Shown here in pieces: positions 48,790-62,400 of a stretch of DNA of 64,000 nt; the first letter of the stretch is position 1; each line of letters opens with the position of its first letter. Source of the stretch: a virus (Duplodnaviria; Caudoviricetes); IMG/VR virus record IMGVR_UViG_3300012979_000003, positions 1-64,000 of that record; one strand, written 5' to 3'. The notes under the pieces were generated by a model. That model ran no database searches and was not told the origin of the DNA. It saw only the letters and a program-made list of their open reading frames with translations. Made by a program: the position numbers and the translations under genes.

Positions 48790-51700
48790 ATGCAGAACAG
48801 TTAGACAAATACCTTTTTAAAAGGTATGAATTTAGATACGGCAAAGGAGTTTATCGGTTCCGACCAATACACATACGCTGAAAATATACACTTGTCTGCA
48901 AAAGATTAGACAGAAGGTTGTATAACAAATCACAAAAGCTTATATGATACTGGAGTTGCTGTTAACACCGATGGTAAAATTTTAGCAACAACGTCTGGTA
49001 GTATATATCATGAAGACTCTGTACAAGAATGCTACATCGTATTAAGTAAATTGCTTGACGGTAGCACAAATCTGTCAGCGTATATCGGAGTATCTGCTGT
49101 CGAAGAAACACCCATCAAGGTATTTGATCTCACGTCATTTACTTTAGATGTTGCTTCCGATAGGGTTAAAATGATAAATGTATATGACAATCCACATCAG
49201 TCAAATGTGTACATAGCTAGTGAAGGTAGTGAGTTGCAAGTAGTGAATCTTTAGGCAAAAAATAATCCAAATGACACGTTTTCAATATTTCCAGAAACCG
49301 GCGCATTACCACCAATGGAATTTTATAATGAAGTTGTCGGTGCGCTAGACAATTGTAGTGTGCAATATGCATATCAATTATTCGACGTTCGCGGAAAGTA
49401 TACTGCGTTATCAGCAGTAAGTTCTGTTATTCCGGTAGGAACTGGTAAACCAGGCGAATCTTCTGGACTCGGTTTGTAGTTAAAAATAACCGGTAATTTC
49501 AAAAATTATTCAAAGATACGTGTGTATAAAATAAAATACACTAGTTCGCTTGAATTACCAAACGTGTATATAAAAGATGAAATAAATATATCTGGAAATA
49601 CACAAATTATATATTAGGATACATCTGAGAAATTCCTTACCCAAATAACTTTAGATGAATTCCAAAATATAAAAAGAATTGGATTTTCTGCAGCAACTAT
49701 TGAATTTTTCAACAATCGATTATATGCTGCCAACTTGACTGAAAATTTATTTACTGTTGAGTTTGACGCTCGTACGTATCGTTGTGATGATTCAGGAACT
49801 GTAAAACTGGAGTCTGATACAAACGTGCAAGAAACTATAACAACAACAATGGTTGATGCGGTCAAGCCGAATACAATTGCTCAAGATCATGATGCAATAA
49901 ATCCGTCATTGCGGTCAGTTTCTGATGAAAAATATAGTTACACCAACAAATTTGGAAATTTGTTTTTAGGTGGTTCTGGGCCGAATGTGGATTATTGTTT
50001 TGTTCATCCATACGTATATTTATCTGCAAACAACTCTGTGTGTATTGAGCCTGGCGCAGATTCAAATGTAGTTAGTTCAGATTTGTCGTTCAATAGTGGA
50101 AGTTTTACTTTAAGTGCCATAAATGGGTCTAAATTCTATGCCCCGTGTACAATCCCATCCGGAACAAGTCAATTTGTGACCGAAGACTACATTGATTACG
50201 ATGATATAGCCTATGTGGCTAAAGACAAATCATTCAAGGATACGTACTTTAGTACGAAATTCAGGGGTTATAAACGAGGTGAGATATACTCGTTTGGTAT
50301 AGTGTTTTATAACCGAAAACACTAGCCGTCACAAGTGCATTGGATAGGTGATATAAAAATACCAAACTCTGACTATCCGTACATTGCTGCATACAGTGAT
50401 GGTGACACACAACATGATTGTGTTGGTAGCTCCGTAGGTATACGATTTAAAGTTGACTTATCAAACATAGATAAGACAACGCGCGAAGACATTTCAGCAT
50501 TTGAAATCGTAAGATGTGACCGAACGGTTGCCGATAAGACAATATTGTGTCAGGGTATATGCAGTAAGTTGAATGGTGGGTACTTTAGTAAAGAAGATGG
50601 ATTTCCTGACAAAACGGGATTTGGAAAATTATTAAATACACCTTTTTGCAAAAACGTATTTACTGAAATACGTATGATAGATCACTTAAGTGATATATCA
50701 TACTCTGTGAACAGAGAGCGTCCTTATGCAAATGCTGTTGCGTTTATTTCTCCAGAAGTATCAACAAATCGTGAATCGGTTGAGGGACTGTTAGACGGAG
50801 CAAAAAATGTACAAGTTAAAGGATTTTTAACATCTGTTATATACAATGAATCTCCTTTTGAAAGGCTTGGCGACGGACTAATCGTATTTAAAAATATAAC
50901 ATAGGGAATAGTATATACTACTGATCGCCCAGAAGCAAAAGCTAAAGTACAAGGTCGTATTGTTGGGCAATATGATAATCATGATACCAGACCGCGCTAT
51001 GTGTTCGGAATTACTTCCACAAATAGTTTGCGGAACGAAAACGATTCTATTCTTACTGACACACTATATAAACTTTTCACTCCGGTTGTTGACAGCCAAT
51101 AGTCAGAAATTAAAACTATAAATTTGAACGCATACAAATACATAGCCCCATACGATCCAATATAGCAATATTCCCCAATTTCGCTAGACAACACAGCTGT
51201 CGGTGATTTAGCATTTCAAAATATATGTAATGGTTTTCCATTAGGAGCTGACCCGACTGGCGACATAGGTAAATATTTTGGTGCGGGTGGTCCAAAATTA
51301 ATATTGCTTGGAGATTTCTACAATCTTTAGATACTTGATGGTAGTGATGTACACATTGCGTTGAATGACAAACTCAAACAAGTTGATGATTTTGTCAGAT
51401 ATGATACGTTTGCTAACAATATTCGAAATGTGTCGGAAATATTGCAAGTTGCTGTGCCAATAGTAGAGCTTACATAGGACGTTGGTAATTAGTATGGGGG
51501 GTTTTCAAAAACTGCCAGACTTAGCCGATCATATTAGTCAATTGGTTGTTACAGTAGTGTGGAAAAGGACGAATCTGTTTTTTACGTGAACTGCTTTGGC
51601 GGAGATACGTTTATTGAGTTGCACAACGATGTTTGGTCATCGTATATGACAAGGATTAAAAGTGATGGTGATACTTTTTCAGAAACACGTAACACTACTG

Positions 51701-52902
51701 TCAGAATATCATATCCTGTCGAGACCAGTATTAACCTTAGTAGGACGTATGGAATTGACTTGTAGAACCCTAAATACCTTTACGAACGCAAAGTCTTACA
51801 GGATCCTGCTTAGGTAGACAGTTACGTACAGACTGAACAACTAAACGCATACAACGATGCATACTCGCCGCACGCAACAAACATCATACATGTTGCACCT
51901 GGTTTATACGATTATGATAATAAACATTTGTTATATAGGGTGGTGGTGTCAAATGTTAAAAACTTTGGTGAAGTTGAAGACAAGCTTCAAGATTTCGATA
52001 CACTGAATTACTTAGATGTTGACGCAAAGTACGGCCCAATTACTAATTTGATTTCAAACAAAGAAAGGCTGTATTATACACAATCCAGGTGTTTTGGAAT
52101 GATCTCTTCTGAAGAAAGATCATTGGTGTAGGATACAAGTGGTTCGAGTCTATTGTTGGGTACAGGTACAGTACTGCAAAGATATATTACCATGAGTGTT
52201 GATTATGGTGACGATATTATCAATGACCACAGTATATTGTGTTCTGATTCTGGCATATATTGGTTCGACTCATTGGCAAAAGATTTAGTATTGTACGACG
52301 GAAGTAGGATAGGTGGGTTATCTAATACAAAAAATGTAAATGGTTTTTTCAAAGCCATAAAATCTGAAATACATTCTGGAAGAAATCGCCAATCCGGTGA
52401 AATATGGTTTAAAGCAAAAGACGATAATAGGGCATTAATTTACAATGAAAATATTGGTCAATTTGTGTCATATTATACAGACAATGTTGAATATATTTCG
52501 TTAATGAAAGGGTGTTCCGTCGGAATAGATGTTTCCAAAAATCAGCTGATAAAACTTCATGACAATGAAGCTGGGGTTAAGCACAATAGTATGATACATT
52601 TTGTAGTTAATGATAACCCGTTAATAGTAAAAGTGTTTGATACTTTAGTTGTGGTTGATACAAATCTTCCAACACATGACGGAAACAATTTGCAATATCA
52701 ATTTGAGTGCAAAACTACAAGACAAACCAGCACTTAGCGTGCAAATGGTAGAGCGTCTACAGAAGGTGTTTATTACTTACCAATCGGCAGAGATGAAAAT
52801 GCAGAACGTATGCGAGGAAGGACGCTTACGGTAAAATTTGTAGCAAACGGTGAATTCAACATTCCTTCAATACAAACAGTATATAGATAGTCAAGAGCAT
52901 GA
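48790..52902 (+). CDS. Tail stabilization/muzzle protein (P22 gp10-like, ~1370 aa, many TAGs)
   Basis: TNTFLKGMNLD N-terminus, GYKRGEIYSFGIVFY, WIGDIKIP and YLDVDAKYGPIT. All track fragments from 49051 to 52153 share one frame. Confidence 0.8.
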
Positions 52903-54353
52903 TAAATAAAATATTGGGTGGGGTTGGTTCATTCCTCGGTAATTTTGGAGAGAACGCTGCACTTGGTTCAAGCATTGGTGGAGCATTTGGACCAATAGGA
53001 GGATTAATTGGCGGTGGCGTAGGGCTCATATCCGATTTACTTAATAATGATGAAGAAGAATAGTTAAAACAGATGCGAAAGCGTGAAAGCAATCTGAAAC
53101 AGTATGGTGAAAACAGAGCCATGACATAGGCATTACGCGCTGATTGGGTTGCAAACAGCAATCCTGTGATGGCAGCAAAAGACGGTGGAGAAATACCAGT
53201 TTAGGCAATGGTTGCACCTGGAGAAGTCGTTGTCACTGAAGATGGACGTGTTGTACACGTAAAGGGAAATGGCAACAAAGATAATGTGCCTTGGACCGGC
53301 GGGCCTGCCACAGTGTTTGGTAATTTAAAAATGCCAGGCACAAATACAAAGTTTAAAGATTTTGCCAAAACGCATTATAAAGAAACAAGAGAAAATTCAA
53401 ATACCGCTGAAGGCACATTAAAGGCTTAGGCAGCGACTGCAAAAATATTAAGCAACATGTAGAAAAACGTACAGCGATAGTAGAACATTGGGCCAAAAAC
53501 AGCTGTAGTGACTCCCAAAAATCTGAAAAACATTAAAAACGCGAAAGTTCCGGCAGCTGAAACAGGTATCGACTATAATACGCTTTTGCAGCAAAACTTG
53601 GATATTATGAAGAAAGCTGCAGCAACGGCACAACAAACTATCGATTAGCAAAACGAAACTAATTTCAGAACTAGTTTGGCAGATGCAACGCCTGTTAAAA
53701 CAACAACCCCTATTGTAGGCAGTGAAAGAAAATTTAATTGGAAAAATGTGTTAAATTCGTTTACAAATGCGGTTCCGGCAATTGGACAAATGGCCATGCT
53801 TTACGGTAACGCTCGTGAAAACAACATGGCACCGGATCAAGTTCCTATTAACTACAATCGGTTAACACCGGCTGCAATTAGATTGGGATATAACAACACG
53901 TACGATTTACTTGGGGGTTTGAATGACGTTAATGACTTAAACCGCACAATGACTTATAATGCTAATATGCTAGGGAATAGTTCAGGTGTCAGTACTATGT
54001 AGAAAATAGCAGCTCATGCAAAATCATTAGACGCCATGCGTAACGTGCACCATGATTACAGTGTTGCGTAGGCAGAAGCGAATAGAGCACTTGGTGATTT
54101 TCTACATAAAGCTGGTGCAGAAGATGTTGTTGCTGAAAATTACCAACAGGATTTGCAAGCTAGAAACAATGCTGCCGCATATAAAGCTAGACAAACCAAT
54201 AGACGAGATATCGCAAACGCATACGCTAAGATTGGCACAGATATGAAAGGCAATGCTAACAATGATGCGTTAATGGCAATATTACAACCATACTTAGCAC
54301 ACGGAATAGATCAGGAAACTCTCGATAGTGTGTTAAGTAAATTAACAGTGTAA
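52899..54353 (+). CDS. Virion cargo/ejection protein with an N-terminal glycine zipper
   Basis: GSSIGGAFGPIGGLIGGGVGL and MAAKDGG. Fragments 53208, 53676 and 54153 are in one frame. Confidence 0.65.
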
Positions 54354-54356
54354 TCC

Positions 54357-56423
54357 ATGAATAGATATTATGAACCAGTAAGCATTGATTTCTAGAGTAC
54401 TTATGTACCAATACCTTTTTAGGAATTGGTTACCATAGGTAGAGAGTTAAATGCTCGTAGAGATGCTGCCGAAAAGCAGTTGCGTGACGCAAATAGAGAA
54501 TGGGGTAAGTTTTAGACAATGTCTGACGTAGATCGTGCTGCATACAATGAGGAAACGTTTGATAGAATGAAACCGTTGTTGGATCAGTTCGCATCTGATC
54601 CAAATATGATAAAAACTGCAGCTGGACAAGCAGCTATATCCAACCTTATTAATAACACAGATTATGGTAAATTGGCTTAGCTTGAGTTAGGCGCGAAAGC
54701 GTATGCACAGCGTGCTGAAAACATAGCTAAGTTAGAGGCTGCGGGTAAGTACAACAAGGACTGGGATGACGTCAACATGAAGGCGTGGGATACACTGAAT
54801 CAAGGCGTGGTGGGCTTATCACCCTTGGAGTATAGAAGTGTTGTTGACATAGTGAAACCGTTCTTGAACGACCTTGGTGAAAAATCATAGCGTACAGGCA
54901 CAGGATATATTTGGAAAGGTAAAAGTAGAGACATGGTTGAGCATCAAGTACAACAAAACATGTCGGCAATATTAAATTCGCCGTTTTCGTAGGCGCACAT
55001 TCGTTCAATCATGCGTAACAATCCTAGCATGTCTGAAGATGATGCTGTTAAACAATACATGCAATAGGTAATGACGGCGTCACATGAATTTGAAACTAGT
55101 TCATTGACAGCGGATCCAGTTTATATTCAACAAATGGTAAACGACCGTTATTTAAATAAGGGAAGTGGTAGTTCGGATAGTTCATCACCGTTGCAAGATT
55201 GGATGTCTAGAAATGGTAAAGTTAGTCAAGACACACATGCTGCAAATTTCGACGAATTTGCATCAGATGACTACAAAGACATGGCTGCACAACGCAATGC
55301 AAATTAGGCAGGAATATTGGCTCGAGCTAAAGAATTACAAGCAGTATTGAATGATTCAGCATCTTCCGCAGAGGCAAAAGAGTCAGCTAAACAGCAATTG
55401 CAGACACTAGAACAACAATACGTTGAGACAGCAAAACTTGCAGAAGCAGAGGACAAGCATGAAATTGTACAAGGGGCTTTAACTAAATACGTTACAGGTT
55501 TAAAAGGAATGGGTAACTTCTTTGACGAAAGTAGTCAGTTATGGACTGGTGAATATGAAGGTGGTGGTAGCGAAGATAGTCGTAGACACAAATATTCTGC
55601 TTTTGCTCTCGATGCTCCGTATACTTCCACAACACAATCTGCAAAGAAAACTCGCGCAAGGGAATACGGTAACGTATTCGATCTAAATAGTGAGAAATAC
55701 AATGAAGGTTGGTTTAAAGATGACAATAAATACTCAAATTCTGATGTTGATGACTTGTTTAATCATGTTGCTAACGTTGTAATGATACCTTCTGAAAATG
55801 GAAACGTTAAGGCTGTTGAAGAGTATCTTTTCAAAAATCTTACAAATTATGGAGGAGATCAAAGCGGTTATGATTTACCTAGTAAATTTAGAATAAAGTC
55901 TACTGCGCAGTTCCTTGGCGAATATGATCCAATGCTAAAAGAATAGGCAAACTCTGCTGGGATTAATCTAGATCTATTGCGGCGTGATGACTTTCCTATA
56001 CCGCAGTGGTTAAATGGAAATGGTGATGGTAAGATAAGTGGCGCTAAGGTACACGACATAGTAGGTCTAAACTTTAGTACAGATTTACACAACCGCAGAC
56101 AGGTTGATATTCTGATGAACGTTGACGTTCCTTTATCTGAAATAGAAAGACTGTCTGGTTCGTGGACAAGCGACGAAGATGATTTGCGCGAACTTCATTT
56201 TCAAATAGTTGGCGGTGTTGGGGAAGGTGCTGAAAAATACGTTAGAGTGCCAGTAGTTACTACAAGACCATACGATGTTAACTTTAGTTCGTTTGTAAAT
56301 CCCACATACCAACATCAGGTAAACATGCCGTCAACAGCAATTCGCGATAATGAAGCATACCGCAGTTTGTTAGAATACATGGCTTATGGAATATCTCCAG
56401 CCGATCAATATGTAAACAATTAA
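54357..56423 (+). CDS. Virion cargo protein (688 aa, in-frame TAGs)
   Basis: MNRYYEPVSIDF(Q)STYVPIPF(Q)EL. Fragments 55071, 55317 and 55977 are in one frame. Confidence 0.65.
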
Positions 56424-56424
56424 T

Positions 56425-59400
56425 ATGGAAAACAGTAAATATATACCAAAAAGATCTCTATTTACGAGCTCATTTTCAAGTCTTACTAACAGTACAACCC
56501 CCGCTGTAAATTCTGCATACGATCCTGACTATGGGTTTACTGATTGGTTTAGTGACATGACGTCTGCATTTTACAGATCTTTGCAGTAGGGTGAAATGGA
56601 GGAGAGTCTGGACATCATCGCGAAGGCGTAGCAAGATAAAAACGATGCACAAGCGTATAAAGAATACCTTGAACTCACTGCTGAAATGACTGATGATGAA
56701 CTGGAGATGTTTAAGAATTCAGAAGATTACAAATTCTATTCAGACAAGTTAGAAAGTCTGCGCAAAAACGGCATGTGGACAAATAACAATGAACCAACGT
56801 TATAGAATTTGGATCAAATAATACAACAATCTGATTCTGATATATCGGAGGCTTAGAAAAATTACGCCATCGATAGAGAACAGTATCAATCCAGTATAAG
56901 AAATAATGATATAAGTCAGTATTATACGTCCAAAAGCAACGAAGAGGTTATGAATTTTGGCAACCTCTTCTTCAAAATGCCTGCCACAATGGGTACTAGT
57001 AATACTAGTGCCGGTTGGTAGGCAATTAGTATGCTTGGTGCATTTGTTGGCTCCAAGGTTGGTACTTGGCTTGGTGGTATTAGTGGTAGTTTTATTGGCC
57101 CTGAAGGAACTGCTGCGGGTGCTATGGTCGGAAACGTGTTGGGTTCAGCATTAGGTTCTTTGCCTGGAAATATCATGGCTAGAAAGGGCGAATCACACAT
57201 GGAAGCTTTTGCTGGCATAAAGCAGAGAGCCTTGGATGAACTAGCAAAATAGGGTGTGGACACTTCTGGTGTAATACAAGCAGTTAAAGATCAGTATAAA
57301 CAAGCTGGCATCGATACTTATGGTATGACTGATGACATGCTGTTGTCTGAGGCAATGACTAACCCGGATATTCGATCTGGTAACAAGCTATTCGATGAGA
57401 TTGTAAGCGAATCTTACAAAGGCTCTAGACGTCTGTATGAACGAAACATGGCTCTTGGTGCGGGTGAGGTTCTTTCAGATATGTCCTACTTTATCCCACT
57501 GTCTAAGTGGGCCACAAACGGTTTAAAATCAGCTTATAATGGTATTGCTAGAGGTTTGACAAAACGAGCATTGGCTGGCACACAGGTTGCTAGAAAATCA
57601 TTAGATACTGCCATAGGTAATATCACAAAGAAGGTTCATTGGGATTTCTGGAAAAACGGTTTAGTTGGTACCGGTATTAGGTCACTGATAGAGGGATCTG
57701 AAGAAGGTACGCAAGGTATGTGGACTGACGAGTTCATTAAAGGTATGTATGACGATGAATACGCAAACGATTCATTTTTGGATGCACTCGGTAGTGGTCA
57801 AATTGTAGAAGATATCGCAGAGAGTACTCTGAAACGTGGTAGATCTCTGTTGGCTGCGTTTACTCCATTTGACCCTATATACTCGGATGACCAACAGCTG
57901 CTGGAACAAATCGTAAGTGGTATGATGTTGCCATTAACTAGTCCACAAGCCATGATTGGTAGCGCTAGTAACTTTTATGACTACGTTAAGTAGGTGCAAG
58001 CGTCAAAACAGTTTGAGCAATTGTACTCTAACGCATTACTTGAACACGAACAGTTTGATAGAGTTGTGGCGTTAAATAAAATGTTGCGCGAGGAGAAAAT
58101 ATCATTCGACCAGTATCAGAATATTATGGACAATATTGCTGAGCAACTCAAATCTGGCAAATACGATACCAGTACTTTGAGTGAGGACGGTTAGACTCAA
58201 ATGTCCAATGACGATATTGACAAATTTGTAGCAGCACAAAAGCAAAGTCATAAAATATTATCAGGCATACAGAAGAAGTATAAAAAGATCGCTGATGAAT
58301 TTGGATTGTCTGACGAAGATGCAGACTACTACTACGCGTTAAAATTCCGTGCCAGAAACGGAAAGGTGAATACTGGAAATCAGTTGATTCAAAGTAATCT
58401 CCAGAAGTTGCAATAGATTTCAAGATTAACTGAATCCGATGAATTCTCTGAAGCAGTTGCTCGCGAATTAGGGGATGAAATAGTTTCTAAATCTGGAGAT
58501 GCGTTGAAACCACTGATGGCCAGATTGGCTGTACTGAACCGACAGATAGAAATTCTTGACGCGCAATTAGCTAAAGAAATAACAACCGCTTAGTTTCAAT
58601 CAGCACTTGCTGAAAGAGCTGGTAGCATTGAAACTAATGTTTTGACTTTGGCAAATACGGCTAATTCTTCTTTAAATGTTAAAGACAAATTAGTGAAAGA
58701 GCGTCGTGAACTGATTAAGAATATTAATAAGTTGTATGATGCAGCTGAAATGGATAAGCACAGTGAATGGTGGTTTGAAAATTTTGATGGTATTTCCGAA
58801 GATCAGGTTGAGGAACTCAACGAGTTACTTCAAAAAACTAACAGTCATCTTGTTACTGCGGATATGTTCAAGATTGCGGATGAATCTTTATCAAACGATA
58901 AACAAGCAACAATAGATAAAATTACGGCCGCAAAGAACAGAGTTCGCAGACAACATGTTTTGGCAGATGCTGCTGATGCTGCGGCTAGAGAAGTTACACC
59001 AACATCTGCACAGTCATACCAAGCCTCATCGTCTGAAACACTTGACGAACAAATCAATACGATGCGTGGGGAAATACAAACTGAAGTAGATCAGTTTGAT
59101 TCTGTATTAAGTAACATTCCTGTTACGCATCCCATGTATCGTTTAGCACAGACGTTGCGAAGAGGAATTGCTTTGGCGGACACTGCTGAATCAAAAGCCG
59201 CATTTATCCAAAATAGGGCAGAATCGTTGTCTAAATACTACGATAAAGAGTCTGCTAGAGAAGATGCTACCGAAGAAGAAAAGAATCTTGCAAAACAGCT
59301 GCGCGACCATGCCAAAACAATTGCAACAAGGTATCAAAACATAAACAATGCTGTAGTTGAAAGCAAGGCGCGTAAACAAGTTCACAATCCCAGATTTGAC

Positions 59401-62400
59401 AATCACAGTACCGTATATACTGATGAGGCAGGCAATCGTTATCAATTCAGTATGCAAAATGCAAGATATACTGAAGAGGGCGGCTTGGAATTACAAATGT
59501 TTAACGCTACAGAACACGATAGACGTAGACGTGAAACAGAAGAAACTTTGAAATTGATTGAAACGCAGCGTAAAGAAATAGACAAACGCTTGCAACAAGC
59601 GATAGCAGACACAGAAAGGGAAGAGCAGGAAAAACTAGACTCTGGAGTATTTACTTCGGATCAGATTGCTGACATTCAAGAAGAATACACTGAAAGGTTA
59701 GATGGTCTACGCAGAGATAGAGATGCCGAACAAGAACAACTAAATTCATTGGAGGATTCTCTGAAGAAGAGTCTAAATGCCGGCATATAGTATGAAACTG
59801 TGAATGTGAATGAGCAGCGAGACTTTTTGAATAGTCTGAAACACACAGACAACAAAGGAAACGTCAAAGAGTTTAAAACCCATCTTGACAAACTTGTAAA
59901 AGATGTAGATAAAGCGATTGAAAAGCATAAATAGAACAGACAAGACTATAAAGATACTCAGTATCATGAAGGCGATGTTGTTATAGATAACACCAGCGCA
60001 ACAGACAAGATGAAGAGTCTTACTGATATGGTAGAAAATGCTGAAGATCGCGCTTTACGTGTGCACGCATACCCGTTGAGAAATTCCGATGGTGCAAAAT
60101 CACAAACAAAACTTGGAAATCCTCACTTTAGAGCAGAATACTGGCGTGGGTACATTTATATGCCTTATAATGACGTAGCGGATCTGATTGAATCGTTCTC
60201 TAAGAACCTAAAAGGATCTACTGAACAAGAAAGAAAAGATGAGCTTAATGCAAAACTCGTATTTGAAAGCGGTGGTAAAAAATACAATCGCAAAAACGCT
60301 GTGATCGCTTTTCACGAATTAGCTAAAGCTTTGGCCAGTTCTAGGATAACGAATAAACAAGCTACTGATTTTATAAATGCACTTATCGAAGGAAAAGATA
60401 TCGAAGTAGGCAAGTTAAAGTTTACAAAAAGTCAGTGGGAAAACCTTGTAGCGGCTTTGCCAGTTACTCAAGTGTTGTATCAACCTCGTGCCGGTTATGC
60501 CAGAGAAGTATTGCCTGACTTGGGTAGCATGAAGAAAACAGAACACAACACTGAAGCAGAAACAAAACATCGTGAAGAACTCATTGCAAACCTTGTTTTG
60601 AGTTATAATCCAGATGTGGTTAAAAATGCATCTGAAGCTGAATTGGATTCAATTGCTGCTTTCGACAGCAAAGCTGAAGACAAGCACGCTGCTAAACGGA
60701 ACAACGGTGTCATTGTTAGACCAGGCATGGTTGTGGTAGTATCTAGCGCGTTCAATCAAAAAGTCGTAACCACTGCCGATACATCAGATTCAGTATTCTT
60801 GGATGAAACTGGCAACGAGTTGACCGATCGCGAATTGCGGGAACAGTATGAAAATTCAGCCATGGCTGCTCAAGCAAACATTGACATAAATCAGTTGGCA
60901 GACATACTTGTGTCGCTTGGTTATGGTGAACCGTCTGACGTTGCAGCTGCGTTGCACGCAATCGATTCAAAAACAAACCAATCCGGATTGTACACACTTA
61001 CATTGGGGGCACTTAAGTATGGTGACGGATATATTAAACAAGAGACATTCCTTCTCAACTATGTTAAACCTGTACTTGGTTTGGCGAAAACGACTGGTAA
61101 CAAGAAAGCTGCTGCTAATTTGAGAGCCAAAGGCATCTTGAATGCTTTTAGAAATTTTGTACCACAGTCTTTCAGAAGCTACAGGGATGTTCAATTTGAG
61201 ACAGGCAATACACCATCTGTAGAAGTTACGGTTAATGACGCATTGTAGAATTTTTACGGCAGTAAGATAAAAATTTCATATAATGGCGAAGAACTATTGT
61301 TCCAACCAAAAACACAGCGTGGTAGTAAGGGATACAGAGAGGAAGCTGCCAGCATTAGAGATTCTGCATACGTAAGCCGTGTTTCTAGACTTATGGAAAC
61401 GTTGGAAGAAGTGCTGACAAAAAGCACTTCCGCTGATCAATTCTGGCAAGAAATAACCGATTTAGGTTTCACATTTGACGGTGGCAGAATCAATGCTGAA
61501 GAAGTACTTAAAGAGTATTTCAATAACAGAAAATTCCAGCTGTTAAAAACGCCTACAAACATAGTAAATGCTATTACTTTGGGTAAGTCTACACCTTTGA
61601 ACGATGATATAAATTACGACCAATTTAGAACAAAAACAGCAGTTGTTCAGAGTAACTTGAACGAGGTTGATTCATTAGGTCTTATCAAAAATAAGGCTGG
61701 CGAATACGTGTTCTCTATTGAAAAGTGGCGTCGTAAAACAGACGATGAAAGTGCGGAAGCTGCCAACGAAGAAGTAGACAAAAAGTTATAGGAGTTTGCT
61801 GTATCTCGTACAGAGGTTGAAAATGATCGTAAAGCGTACAAAGCAACACTCAAGGCGATTAACTACAAGGACAAGAACTTGCTTAGTGACTTTTTCAACA
61901 GTTTGATTGAATCTTACTCAGAAGAAGAACAAAACAGTATTCGTGAACAATTTAAAACCACCAAGCAAGACTTGAGTAGGCTTGTTGATAAGGTGGTAGA
62001 TGATAAAATTGCTGCACTGGATACACAAGAGCAAGCGTATATGGAGCAGCAAGAGGCTGAAGCGTTAAAAGAAATCGAAGAAGCTGTCATCGAAGACTTC
62101 TCTGATAGAATGTCTTCCCCGTTGGTGTTTGTTGTTGGTGGTCCTGCGGCAAGAGGTACCGATAAAGGTTCAGCTATTTATGTGGACAAATACGGCAACA
62201 AGCACGTCATGAAAAACGTTCCTGCTACACCTGGATCGATTTATTTGCTATTGCCGAAGTTGTTACATCCAAATGGCGTAAAAGCATTGATGAAGCTGAA
62301 TCCAAAAAGTTTTGATGATTCTATGATTAATGTATTGTTGACATTGTTTAGCACCGGTATACAAACAGGTTTCGATTCTAGTATCAACGACATACCAGGA

